Positions 12,797 through 37,600 of a stretch of DNA of 64,000 bases are shown here, one piece after another. A model generated the notes under the pieces. That model ran no database searches and was not told the origin of the DNA. It saw only the letters and a program-made list of their open reading frames with translations. The stretch's first letter is position 1; each line of letters starts with the position of its first letter. Made by a program: the position numbers and the translations under genes. Origin of the DNA: Phoronis australis (lineage: Eukaryota > Animalia > Phoronida); assembly GCA_002633005.1 (NCBI GenBank), contig NMRA01000031.1:897553-961552 (forward strand), read 5' to 3'.

Positions 12797-15700
12797 ATGA
12801 ACAGGCTTTTTGGACGAGGTAAAGCCAAAGAACCACCCCCGAATCTAAATGACTGCGTCGCTAATGTAAGTAAACGGAAATTTTGTTCACATCTTTTAAT
12901 CCAATCATTGCCATTCCATTTGCATTGGCCGATTGGCGACAGGGCAATGTCGACCAGCAATGCCTGACAAACACTGTCACTGTCTGTCTCCTTAATTGAT
13001 CAATGTTTGTCGTGTTCTGTTTCTGGTCTGGAGAATCGTCATAGCGCATGTTCCGTCAACTGAGTTGGCGGTACAAACGTTTGTGGTGGCTGCAAATTAC
13101 TTGGCGGTGCGCGGTGCTTCAAAAGTGGTTGAACATGGGTTGTCCTCCGGTGCCTGTTGTACTATGTAGTCTACATGGTGCCACTAAATCCGTTTAACAG
13201 GCAACTCCACCGAGAACGACACGGGTCCCCGTTGTTTTATGATCACACCAGGGACCCAGGTGGGCGAGCGTGCGAAGTTTCGCACAAGTACCATGTCTCC
13301 GATGCAAAAGTCACGTGTGTCATGTGCGCATTCCGCACCTGAATGTTTCTGTAGAACAAATTGTCTGAGGTTTGGCACGGCTAAGTCCAAACGACATCAA
13401 CAATTCCGCCGGTTGTCTACCAGTCACAGAGTGTGGTGTAATGCAATGACGCGCTAAGAACATGTAGAGACTGGTTTCCATGTTGCCTTCCAACCTGGCA
13501 ATTCCAGTCTTGACGATTTTAATCGCAGCCTTGGCCGCACCATTACTCGTAGTGTGGTACGGTGCACTAATCGTATGCTTAATATCATTGTTCTGACAGA
13601 ATTTGGCAAAATCAGCACTGGCAAAACCAGAATCGTTGTTAGACACAATAACTACAGGCTGGCCATGCGTGGCAAAGCTTTGACGTAATATCCTGACTGT
13701 TGTCTCAGTTGAAGTACTATCGGTGATGTATGGGTCGATGAATTTACTGTGAGCATCTACAATTACAAGAATGTATTTCCCATTCTTTATCGCGCCTACA
13801 TAGTCTATGTATTCGGTGCCATGGTACTCCAGACCACTTCCAAAGGTGAACTTTGGCGTGCTGCGGTGACTGCACATTTTCCTTGTACGCCTGGCATTGC
13901 CGAAAACACTGTTTAATGTCCACATCGATAGATGGCCACCAAATATAACAGAGCGTGCCAAGTTCTTCATTCTGACGATACCAGGGTGTGAACCGTGTAG
14001 TTCATCTAATGCGGTGGTATGCCCCTGAGCAGGTATGATAACACGTGCTCCCCATAACAAACATCCATCCTGCACCGTTACCTCATGTCGGCAGGACAAA
14101 TATTGGGCAATCAAATCATTCGCAGTGTCGGGAAAACCTTGCAAGACACAACAGTACACAGCCGACGTAATCTGGTCTTCTTGTGTCCAGCGCTGTATCT
14201 TGGCTACAATGATGGGTGTAAAATCCATCTGAGTTAATGACAAAGCTCAAGCACGGGCACCTGCAATGGTTTACATTCCAGCGGCAGTCTACTAAGTGCA
14301 TCAGCGTTGCCGTAAGACTGTCCAGGCTTGTGTCATAACACGTAGTTATAGCCTGACAACACTAGGGCACATCACTTCATGCGGGAGCTGCACATAGCCG
14401 GGATGGCGGTTCCCTCATGTAAAATCCCTAAGAGACAAATGGTCCGTAGATACAGTGAAGTCGCGTCCATACAAATAACTGTGAAAGTGTTTCACTCAGA
14501 ATGCTTCGCGATCAACCTGTGCATAATTTTCTCAGCCAGTGCTATTGTCCGAGAAGCAAACTCTATCGGCCTTTCCGAATTGTCTTCTAACACGTGCCAT
14601 AATACCGTGCCAACACCATAGGTTGAAGCATCGCAGCTCAATAACAATGGAAATTTTGGTTGTTTATGTACAAGCAAGTTGGGAAATGTTTGAATGTTAA
14701 AATGCGTCAGCTTTGCGTTTACCCCAGCGCCATTTGACACCGTAGTGTTCATCAGGTCCGCTTGATGTATTTGGCTACCTTTGTTCAAGGATCAAACTTC
14801 TTAAATAACTTTTGAGGTATTTGTTGTGGACACATAAAACGATATATTTTCAAATTCCTCGATGATTGCAGACTCATAAAAAAATGCTCTGATGTTCGTT
14901 ATCATTTAACTGCACTTTTTCTAAAAACTTGATTTTCCTGGAGATTCGAGTAATTTCGAAAAAAATGATTTTTGCATGATACTGTAGTTGCAAATTCTTC
15001 TCCTTTATTCATATTAGCTAAAATTGTGTGTCTAGAATTTTCTTTTAATGTCTTTTAGTCAAAGAACTCCGCTGTCAAAAATGCATTTCTTGATCTCTGA
15101 TAGCTGAGCTGTCACGTTAAAAGGCTTTAAGAAAAAATCTGAGGCATGCTTTTGTACCTAATAGAATAAAGAAAAAGAATTTGGAGTTTCATGAAAAAAT
15201 GGTGATGTCCGAGAACAATCCTGATTTTTGTGATAAAACACAACCATGTGGTTATGGACTTCTGGACGTTGCATAAGTATGATTTTATGATCATCAAAGA
15301 TTTTTAGAATATAAGGTTTTGTGGGTCTACTGCTTAATATACTTAAAACATTTTTTTAGAAATTTGTTCTTAAGTAATGAAGCTGTCTGATACCCGTAAT
15401 TATGCAATGTTAAAGGAGCATGCCACCCAAAAAACAACCTAATTTGTATCAATTTAGATCGAGTAGTTCTTCTCCATAACGACACGTACGGTTACGTTAC
15501 CTGACACCTGACGGCAGACGGAGGTGTTGAAATTATCCAATGACGTCATCGATTTCACATGCAGTCTGTTCAGCAGTTCATAACACGGGTTACTGGTATC
15601 AGCTTATCGCATGAAGTCATCGTTTAACACAATAAATCATCAAACTTCCATGTAAAACCCTTAAAAATACACAGAGTTCTTACCTAAAAACGTGTTGTTT

Positions 15701-18700
15701 TATTTCGCTCTTACGGATTTATTGGTATTTGGACACACCGGTAGCTTACAAAATTCGGCAGGCCAATAAGGTTCGTAGCAGGAGTTTGGGGTGTGTTCGG
15801 AGATAATTTCGAAGTATTTTCCGTAAGATACAGACAGGAGAACCTAGATCTGTGTTGTTGAGACTTGTGATTTTTTTAGTTCTAAACACAAAACGCTTGT
15901 TATTCTGGTCAGTGGCTCGGAGCCCGATCAGGCCCGTCGAGGCCGGCCACATTGACTCGTTATCCCCGCCAGTGGCTCGGAAACTGATCAAACATCACGA
16001 ACATAAACCAGCCAAAGTTCAGTGGAAACTAAACTTCCTGTCAAGAAAATACTATACTAGTGAGCCAAAGTAATGTGCACGTGATTATGTTGGTGAATTA
16101 GCCACGAAACTGCAAATCCACTTACTCGTCAGGGGCCGCGAATTCAGGTTCCGCTTTGGCCACAGGGCAGAAGTTGTACATTGACAATCATTATTTGAGT
16201 AATGTAAATAAAGATTCCCCTAACACCTGGCCGTGGGATGGAAATCGAGTTGTTTCACGACAGTTTCTGCCAGCAAACACTAAATTAGCATGAACTCACA
16301 CGGCCTCGGTGACCCGTCAATTAGTTTTATTGCACCTAAAGCCGGTAACGCAGTGAGTTATTCGTTGCTGGCTTCTCAAATCATTTCAGTGCTCTCACGA
16401 AAACTCCAAAGGCATTACAAATTGCATGTAATGAGACAGACTTTGTTTCAGTTTTATATAAGTATTGGTTAGGGTGAGAATAATTCATTTTGAAACAGAA
16501 CGCTCAGTAATAAACGCCAACATGGCAACTCGCAATCCCGACTTAGGACGAGCTAGAGCTCATCAGTCCCTACTTCGCAGGTGGATCATTAAGTTTTACA
16601 GGCTATCAATTCCAACAGGAATACAGTGATGACGAAATACTAGAGAACAAGCTCAGACAACGTAACGTATGGAGTTATTTAGTAAGCCGGCATTCGTCAG
16701 GTACTGTCGACGTCTGCAGGCCACAGACATGGAGATGTTTCACGGCCTCATACTTGCTATTTACAGCGTACATTTCATTCTTCACTACCATGAGCCACTT
16801 TCTAAGCATTTCGGACTCTCGAGGAAGTAAAAAAAAAAAAAATGATGTACCCGCTTTCCTCGCAGCTGCTTAGTTCGGACAAGCGGGAACGATGCACCGC
16901 AACATAGTGGCATTCACTCTGTATACGAACCACTGATGTCGCTAGCGTCGTTTCTCACCTTCCTCACAGGTTAACGCGACACCTCTTGGCGAGGTAAGGT
17001 CGACCGTATGTGAGGCGATGTGGATATAGACCGATTAAGAGGGCAAAAAAGACACATTAAATCGGGTGGCATTATCCTTTAAGGTGTCAGAGTCTGCTTC
17101 TCTGAGAAATATTTGACATTTAAGTCTGAAATCTTGTAATTCTGCTGAGCTTAGTAGCTCTGTGTTTCAGAAGTTAATGATAGAACTTTTATCATTCCAG
17201 ATTGACAGCCGAGGCGACTCTATTGAGAAAAAGATAGCAAAACTTGATGTGGAATTAAAAAAGTATCAAACGCAAATGAAGAAAATGAGAGATGGTCCTT
17301 CAAAAGTATGTTTTTGTTTTGTATGTATTTCATGTGAAGCAAGAAAAGTTCATTTGCACATAATACACTGCGATGCATAATCTATTTTATTCTTGCATAT
17401 TTATTTAGTTTGGTTGATCTCTTTTCTTTGAACAAAATTGTTTTGAAAGGAAATATTTCTTATGAGTTTACATTGCTGCTACATCTAGGTTAAACAATGT
17501 AATTGTGTAGCACTTGTATAAGCCCAGTTCAAAAGAAGCCGGGTATTGTTTTTTATCCTAATTACATAATAACGTCTTCTTTTATCTTACAGAATATGGT
17601 GAAACAAAAAGCTTTGCGAGTTCTAAAACAGAAGAAAATGTAAGCAGTGCACGACACATGATGTAATGAGTACATAATATGTTGGTGACCTTACGTCTCC
17701 CTAGCATACGTTTTTTCTCCAAACTTGGTTCTCCCAAAACAATTTGGATCCCCCTAGTCAATAATATTTCACCTAATCTAGACTGCAGTGTAATTGTCCA
17801 TTGTTGTTGTTAAAACAATGACCTAATTAAGTAGCACAGATTGGTATAAAGTCAAAAATTGAATTCTATAGACTTTTTACTTCCAGAAAATATAGATTTC
17901 TACTGACTTCAATTTCATAGGTTTGTAAGTGTTTGGCTAAGAGTACAGGCTTGTTGATAAGGTCCTACAGAACCTTAAATAACCTTAGGGCTGTTCCAGT
18001 AAAATCTGTGTGGGAGGGGGAGGAGGCACCTTTTTTTCGCACCCACCACCCATATTCTTCAGTTATTTCTTCAGCCTACCACCTGTAATTTTTTATAAGT
18101 TTGAAATGCAACCACCCGTAATTTTTGTTTTGTTTTTGTGGTTGACTGCACAGGCGCTTGAGTTTATCTGTTCCTCCATCACCACTAACGTCATTCATTA
18201 CTAAGAAAACATGTTTCTTATATATGGTTATTAGCCATCGAGAAATTTGAGCACCTGTGGTTAAATGGTGTTATGGGCATGCCGATGAGGAGATCGGAGG
18301 GAGTGAAAAAGTCAAAGCTTTTTGCAAGTTGCATTTTTGTTTCAGTTTTTGAGTCTGTGCGGATTGTTTATAAAATTTACTAAAATTACCCACCATCAAA
18401 CATTTATGGCCCAATGAAACAACGACCTGTAAATTTTTATTTTTTTGAAGTACGACCACCAGCCATTTTGAATTTAAATCAAACGCAACCACCCATAAAT
18501 TTTCATTTCAGTTGCCTTCCCCCCCTCCCATACAGATTTTACTGGAACAGCCCTTAAAGATTTATTCATGAGAAACTCTGTGGCTGGCAATTCACTCAAC
18601 GATTTTTATTTCAGGTACGAAAGTCAAAGAGAAAATTTAATGCAACAAAGCTTCAACATTGAACAGACAAATTTCAACATTCAGAGTGTCAAAGACACCA

Positions 18701-20580
18701 AGACTACAGTGGATGCCATGAAAGTTGGAGTGAAGGAATTTAAAAAAGCTTACAAAGACGTAAACATTGACCAGATTGAGGTAAAGACAACACCAATGCA
18801 TGAAAACAATGAATCTTAGTGCAGTTTGGACTAAAATTGACTGTTCTCAACATTACAGCTAGGAAGTCAGGAAATTAATGTAAAAATAGGGAACTCAAAA
18901 GTTTATACGATGGTGCTACTTAATGAATGCCCTGCGTGTAGAAGTGCATGTCACATGACATGCTGATTCAAGAATACACCCTACCCTTATTCAAATGATA
19001 AAAGGGTGACCCTTTTGTCATAGTCATTATAGATAGTGAATTTTCAGTCTCCCATCAATGGTGCTTAGATTAGTATCCGGTTCCTTATTGGCTCATTCCC
19101 TTGTGAACACTCTCTATTGTCTTTGCCTGAGTTTGTCCTACCTTTTGCCGTTTGAGATTTTGACACAAGGTCAAGGACAGAAGCATGAACATCACATCTA
19201 TCAACAATTACAAAAGCACGTTCTTCCGTTGCATTTCCTCAATGTACACTACAGTACAATGCAGTACTACTGGTGAATAATCATACTGATACACTGTGTA
19301 TGTTGAAGGATATGCAACTCAATGTCTGATGTATGAGTGTAGTACTTACTGATACACTGTGTCTTTGAAGGACATGCAACTCAATGTCTGACATATGAGA
19401 GTAGTTCTTACAGATACACTGTGTCTGCTGAAGGATGTGCAAATCAATGTCTGACATATGAGTGCAGTACTTACTGATACACTGTGTCTTTGAAGGACAT
19501 GCAACTCAATGCCTGACATATGAGTGCAGTACTTACTGATACACTGTGTCTTTGAAGGACATGCAACTCAGTGCCTGAAATATGAGTGTAGTACTTACTG
19601 ATACAATGTGTCTGTTGAAGGACATGCAAGATGAGATGGAAGACTTGATGGAGCAAGCCAACGAAGTGCAGGAAGCAATGGGGCGTAGTTATGGATGTCC
19701 TGAGGTAGACGAAGATGACCTGGAGGCTGAACTGGACGCCCTCGGTGACGAGATCGGATTAGATGATGATACGTCGTATTTGGACGAGGCAGTGAATGCA
19801 CCAGGGGTCCCTAGTAATGTTCCTGGTGCCGATAGTGTGGCTACGCAGGTGGGTAGAAGGGTTGTCAAGGTGACAGGTGATGGGTACAGTCGTTGACTAG
19901 TTCAGGGGCACTGGGAGATATGGTCATGTTGTTCAAGGGAGTGTGTGCGGCATGTGAAAACTTGGCTGTTGGGCTTGCTTTTGGCTAATTTCCAAATGTC
20001 ACGTTTGTCTTCAACATTCGATGTTTCGTAGATTTCAGGCCCAGGTAGAGCTTTTAAATGAATTTGTTGTGTTTCATTGCTATGTTCATAAAGAGCTTTT
20101 TAGTTTATGTAATTGAACTTCCTTACAATGTACATCAAGGGAACTTTGAAATTTGTAACGATAGTTTGTTTTAACGGGGGTAGACTTATATACATTAGGC
20201 ATAATCAAAACGGGAAAATTAGTACTCTATGCTGCTGTTTATGCTCTGAACAGGGTAGGTTGTTATGAGGTTCAACTGCAGTGAAAGTAATGAACTTTTG
20301 GCACATTCCTATTCACTGGAGATTTCAACTGGTGGTCAGAATAATTCAATTTGGACAGATTTAGTCATGTTTTACTTGGAGTATTCATGAAGAGATCTTA
20401 AATGTAAAATCTGCCAAACACGATCTTCAAAAACAGTGTTCTTTATAATGTCGAGGCAATCTTCTCACAGCTGTAAGTTTGACTCATGTGTCATAAGATA
20501 TTGTATTTATTGTATTTCAGGATGGTTACGCTGTAGACGAGTTTGGCTTACCACAACTTCCTGAGAAAACAGCTTCATAA
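12797..20580 (+). CDS. CHMP5: Charged multivesicular body protein 5 (ESCRT-III, Vps60/Snf7 family), 224 aa; exons 12797-12865, 17201-17305, 17593-17639, 18615-18780, 19621-19848, 20521-20580
   Basis: Translation [39 protein letters not shown]../[35 protein letters not shown]../[40 protein letters not shown]../[14 protein letters not shown]; all introns GT-AG and phases consistent (675 nt in total). Confidence 0.96.
13060..14680 (-). mobile_element. Degenerate Ty3/Gypsy LTR-retrotransposon pol fragment (RNase H + integrase) in CHMP5 intron 1
   Basis: [26 protein letters not shown] (RNase H), [20 protein letters not shown] (integrase HHCC), [33 protein letters not shown] (integrase core); several frameshifts; no LTRs seen. 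Confidence 0.9.
14784..15374. mobile_element. Old palindromic MITE-like element
   Basis: Degenerate inverted symmetry, e.g. CAAATTCTTCTCCTTTATTCATATTAG (~14990) versus CTAATAGAATAAAGAAAAAGAATTTG (~15158), and similar outer ends. Confidence 0.45.
15414..17078 (-). mobile_element. Kolobok-like non-autonomous DNA transposon with degenerate THAP domain (copy 2, inverted, ~425 bp longer)
   Basis: TTAA at 15410-15413 and 17079-17082; TIR AGGAGCATGCCACCC / GGGTGGCATTATCCT; colinear reverse-complement similarity to 8574-9814 plus an extra segment ~15866-16303; minus strand [27 protein letters not shown]. Confidence 0.85.
17988..18553. mobile_element. PIF/Harbinger-like MITE in CHMP5 intron 3
   Basis: ~33-bp TIR GGGCTGTTCCAGTAAAATCTGT(G/A)TGGGAGGGGG; TTA TSD at 17985-17987 and 18554-18556. 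Confidence 0.85.
19284..19629 (+). repeat. 62-63-bp minisatellite (5.5 copies) whose last unit is the CHMP5 exon-5 splice acceptor
   Basis: Units start at 19284, 19347, 19409, 19472, 19534 and 19596; consensus TACTGATACACTGTGTCTTTGAAG|GACATGCAACTCAATGTCTGACATATGAGTGCAGTACT. Confidence 0.93.
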
Positions 20581-21359
20581 GCCGTCGTTGAAATGGACTT
20601 TCATTGGAACGAAGGGTTAACATTGAATTATGCCATATTAATATGGATAGATATCATACATGTATTTCGTAAACTTGACTCAACCACATTTTCAAGTCCA
20701 AAATTGGTTGGTGTGCTTCTACATAAGTGAAGTCTTGTGTTGGCCGTGTTGCACAAGAAATAACATTTGTGAGAAAGGATGCGTTCTGGGACACCCGTAT
20801 GAAGTACTTAGACGGTTACCAAGTGCTTTGTAATCAACAACACCCAAGTTGATGTTTGAAATGAGGCGATGACCACAGTACAAACAGATAGGGAGTTCTA
20901 TGAGTCTAGATAGACTTCTAGCGGGATCAGTTTCATGTCATGGACAGAGTTGAATCTGTGAAGCATGAAAATTCAATTTTCAAGGTATCTCCAGAAGAGT
21001 AATTTCGTTGTTGTGTTTGAATGATTTTATACAGCAGTATTTTTAAGAAATGTCAGTACCCTGTGGCACTCCTATTTATGAATGAACTTTTTACGCATTT
21101 TTAATGTATACAATTGCCGAAACAAATTAAGTTCTTTTGATTTGGAAGTTTCACCATTAAAAAATTCAAAATGAGTGTTTCGCATAACATTTCTGAAAGG
21201 ATCAGAAGTTTACTATATGGTATGGTCATCTTAAATATATTGTTCTTTCTGGAATGTCACAAGTGTTCTCCACACCAGGAAACTCAAACTGGACAGGAAT
21301 TAACCTATGGCTAGGATTTTGAGTGATTGCTCGACTGGCATTACTCGGCATTACTGACA

Positions 21360-21465
21360 CTTTCGTTTCCAAGCCACCATTTTACCCGACAAACAACATG
21401 TTGCAAGGTAAAACTTATTGTTTGTTAGTCAACATTACGCAGGGGGGTTGGAGCTTGTGATAGGT
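21360..21465 (+). repeat. Dispersed repeat fragment in the probable CHMP5 3' UTR; second copy at ~54598-54700
   Basis: TTTCC-AGCC-CCATTTTACCC-ACAAAC...GGTAAAACTTATTGTTTGTT-GTC-ACATT-CGCA-GGGGG--GGAGCTTG-GATA shared by both loci. Confidence 0.65.
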
Positions 21466-21777
21466 CAAGTACTAAATCCATGTTACGCACGTTGGAAAGT
21501 CCTGATCCACTCTGTGGGGGTTTGTATACAAAGCCTTGGATTCCGCATTGGTGCCATAGATCTAGAATTGTTCTCATATACTGAACAAGTGAGTTATCTC
21601 CTCCCATGTTCTCATATACTGAACGAGTGAGTTATCTCCCATGAGATTAAACTCACGTTTTCCAAACTTGTCTTAGCCGAGCCAAACTTGTGAATTTTTA
21701 ACGGATTAACACGAGTGAAGACGTTGTTAAGAACATCATATCACCCCTGTAAACTGGAATGAGCACCTAAAAATGTC

Positions 21778-22105
21778 AATAAATTACAAAATTGTACGTT
21801 GAATGTTCTATTATTTTAGTCTTGCATTTTTTGACAAGTACTTTATTAATTTGCAAAGCAGCCCAGACCGGTCACATCACCCTAAGATCTTGTGCTGCCA
21901 TCTGGCTGTGTTGGGAGGTATCGTTGGCAGTTTGTGGTCATGGTGTGTGCAAGCTATGCTTTTGCAATTTCCTAAAGAAAACTGGATTCCAGCTGGGTCA
22001 CTGGTCTCGATTTATCAGTCACCAACCTATATTTATTATTATCAAAGTCTCCCTTCAACTGCTATTCTCAATGCTGACGCCATGAATAGACCAAGAAAAT
22101 TTATT
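21778..22105. terminator. Candidate convergent polyadenylation signals of CHMP5 (+, AATAAA 21778-21783) and ICA1 (-, AATAAA 22105-22100)
   Basis: Canonical hexamers facing each other between the two stop codons; not confirmed by transcripts. Confidence 0.35.
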
Positions 22106-24344
22106 GCACATTCAACAAATCATACAATAAGCAGAACTTAAATTGCTTAACATAAGCGGGGCTTAACACGTCGGAGTTAAGCGTGTTCAATAATTGTTGA
22201 TTTGGCAAGACTTAGAAAACAGCAGAATTGTTCAATGAGTGTTGGGTAGGGTCAAAGGCCACGGGATAATGACGGTTCTGATGTTGGTGAAACTGCACAC
22301 TGACGCCCAATTGAATCTATGCACTAAAGTCAAAGCGTCAATTGGCCTATACGATAGAATGCCCGCTGATATTGCAGCACCAATCAAGACGTCATGAATT
22401 CACCACATCATTATTCTTACACCGCGATGACACAACCTTACTTTTATAAAACCTCTATATTCTAACCTATTAAGAAAGTTGGAAGTCCTACGATACTAGT
22501 TTTTCACAAGTAATCTAGTTTAGGGCATCACATTCCCAACAGATAAGTCCTTACTGGCTGCAAACACAGATTACAACATAATTAGAGAATCATTAGAGAT
22601 TCAAGACATGGCCAGACTGCTCATGCTGGTCAATTGATTCACATTAGGAAACTAGTTCCTTCAAACAATGGCAAATTCCACCCGATCCAGATCCGTCACC
22701 ACAATAGGCCAAATTCAGTCGCACACATTCTTTAGTGTCAAGACACTAGTTTTGTTTCTAATTAACTCTTTCACAGCACTACTCCGAGGGGTGTCACTGT
22801 ACAATGCCTTGAACACTGAATTTCCCATGTCAGCCTCATTGCACATGCTCCAATAGAGCCGTCCCGGATTACACGGCAATAGAACTCTCCTCTTCCTGGA
22901 GATAAGAAAGCATGAGACTTAGTTTTGGAAATCAGGCAATTTTTGTGTCTCATATTGATGTCGTGAAGGCGAAAAATTTCAGATCACGCATCACATTTAT
23001 CAAACTTTTTCATGTCGGAGTTGTAGCCCACAGCACAGCAGTAATACTTTGTTGGCACTGGAACGATGAATACAGAATGAGACAACAACAAATGACATGT
23101 GAAACTCCAGTGGCACAAACATGAGGCAGCAAATGTGCCTGGTGGGTGTAAATGGCCTTGTGGATAAATACTGCGAGATTCGAGTGTCGCTGTACAATCC
23201 GGGATTGCCCTATTTGGATGTCTTTCGTAAACCATAGTCTGAAATTGAGTCATGTTGCGTTTTGTAATCTTGCATGGTCATGCAATATGCCTGAATGGAA
23301 TGCTTAGATTTTGAAAATTTGTCATTGCCACAGCTGCAAGTCGACGTCAACATCCCACGAATCGGAATAACCATATGTTCCTTTGTTCAAGAAATCAGAA
23401 TAATCAAGATTGGACTGCACCAGCGCCACCTACGTATAGCGAAGTGAAAGAGTGTAATATCTACAAAGAACCATAGAAGAATGAACTAACACACTTATTG
23501 TTCTGTAATATATCATTCTTGATCTCTGTTGGTTAACAAGTTTTTAACTGGAAACTATAAGTAACGACCTGTCACTGGTCACAGAGGTCACCACCTGTTA
23601 CAGGTCGCAGAGTTCACGACCTATCGCAGGTCACAGAGTTGACCTATGTGAGACTAGTAAGTTGGAATGTTAACTGTTCACAACAACCATAGGCATCATT
23701 TACATCTTAAGTCAAAAGTAAATCTAAATGTTAAAAAATTAAGAAACCCGATTTCCCACAATTAGCCATTCCGTGAAAATTGTAATACTTTGCTGTCAGT
23801 GCCAGAAAGTAGGTTAGTAAGCTTCCTAGTAGTGTAAACTGATACCATAGTGGATTTACATAACTGGTTTCATTGAAATTGGATGATCACATTTGCTGCA
23901 TTAGTAACTTAAATGCTGTCTGCGACTGACAAAATAAACGACTTCTCAACTTTCATGGGATTTGCAAAATAGTCTTAATTAGAAGTAGCAAGCCTGCACC
24001 AAACTGTCAAACCAATAACTACGCTTTCCAGTGAAAATATCTGTGTCTTCACCATCACAAATGGCAACTACAAAACATGAAACTCTTTACAAAAACAAAC
24101 CCACTAAATAAAATTTTCTACCTTGACCAAATAAACCCTGACATGCAACTTAAAATCAATTTGTCAATACTAATATAAAACATCAAGACACCAGTGCGTC
24201 TGGTGAGCAATGAGCATACAGTTATTACGCAAATCTAAATAGACAAAATTAGAGACTAGTCAACATGGTCTATTTTTCTGATACAGATAAAAGTCTGTAC
24301 ATTGCAAGTGAGATTGGAGTGTAGATTTTCAGTTCCTGGACAGA

Positions 24345-37210
<12,866 letters not shown>

Positions 37211-37360
37211 TTTGTATGTGTGGCCAGAATTTCAAAATACACCGATTATTAGTACTTCCTGAAAAATAATAAACTTCAATTTCAAACAAAAAGTCAGCGA
37301 ATACCGACTGGATAGAGCCACCGTGACGTCTTCAATGTTTACCACTGCGCATGTAAGGAG
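37211..37360 (-). promoter_or_regulatory. Putative ICA1 promoter / 5' UTR
   Basis: TGACGTC (CRE-like) and ACTGCGCATG (NRF1-like) about 110-145 bp upstream of the predicted ATG. Confidence 0.35.
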
Positions 37361-37600
37361 ATATGACGCCACATCTCCTTGTGCGTGCGAGTTAAAAATG
37401 ACCACTTGACGATTTGGGAAACTGAATGAAGGACTGCTCAAAAAAAGTTTGATTGCAGAAGTATTTGTTGGAGTTGGAAGGAATTGAAGACATTGACGGC
37501 CTCCTAGGTAAGGTTTCTCTCTATGCGCAAAAGGTACTTGTAACAATGTGACTGTGATATTTTAATCAGTGCGAGGAACGATTCGCCAAAAAGCTTCCAG
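37360..37600. repeat. Diverged copy of the 11350-11590 repeat family
   Basis: GATTTGGGAAACTGAA..GGACTGCTC..GTATTTGTT-GAGTTGGAAGGAATT..CTCTATGCGCAAAAGGTA..GTGCGAGG..ATTCGCC-AAAAGCTTCC shared. Confidence 0.8.
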
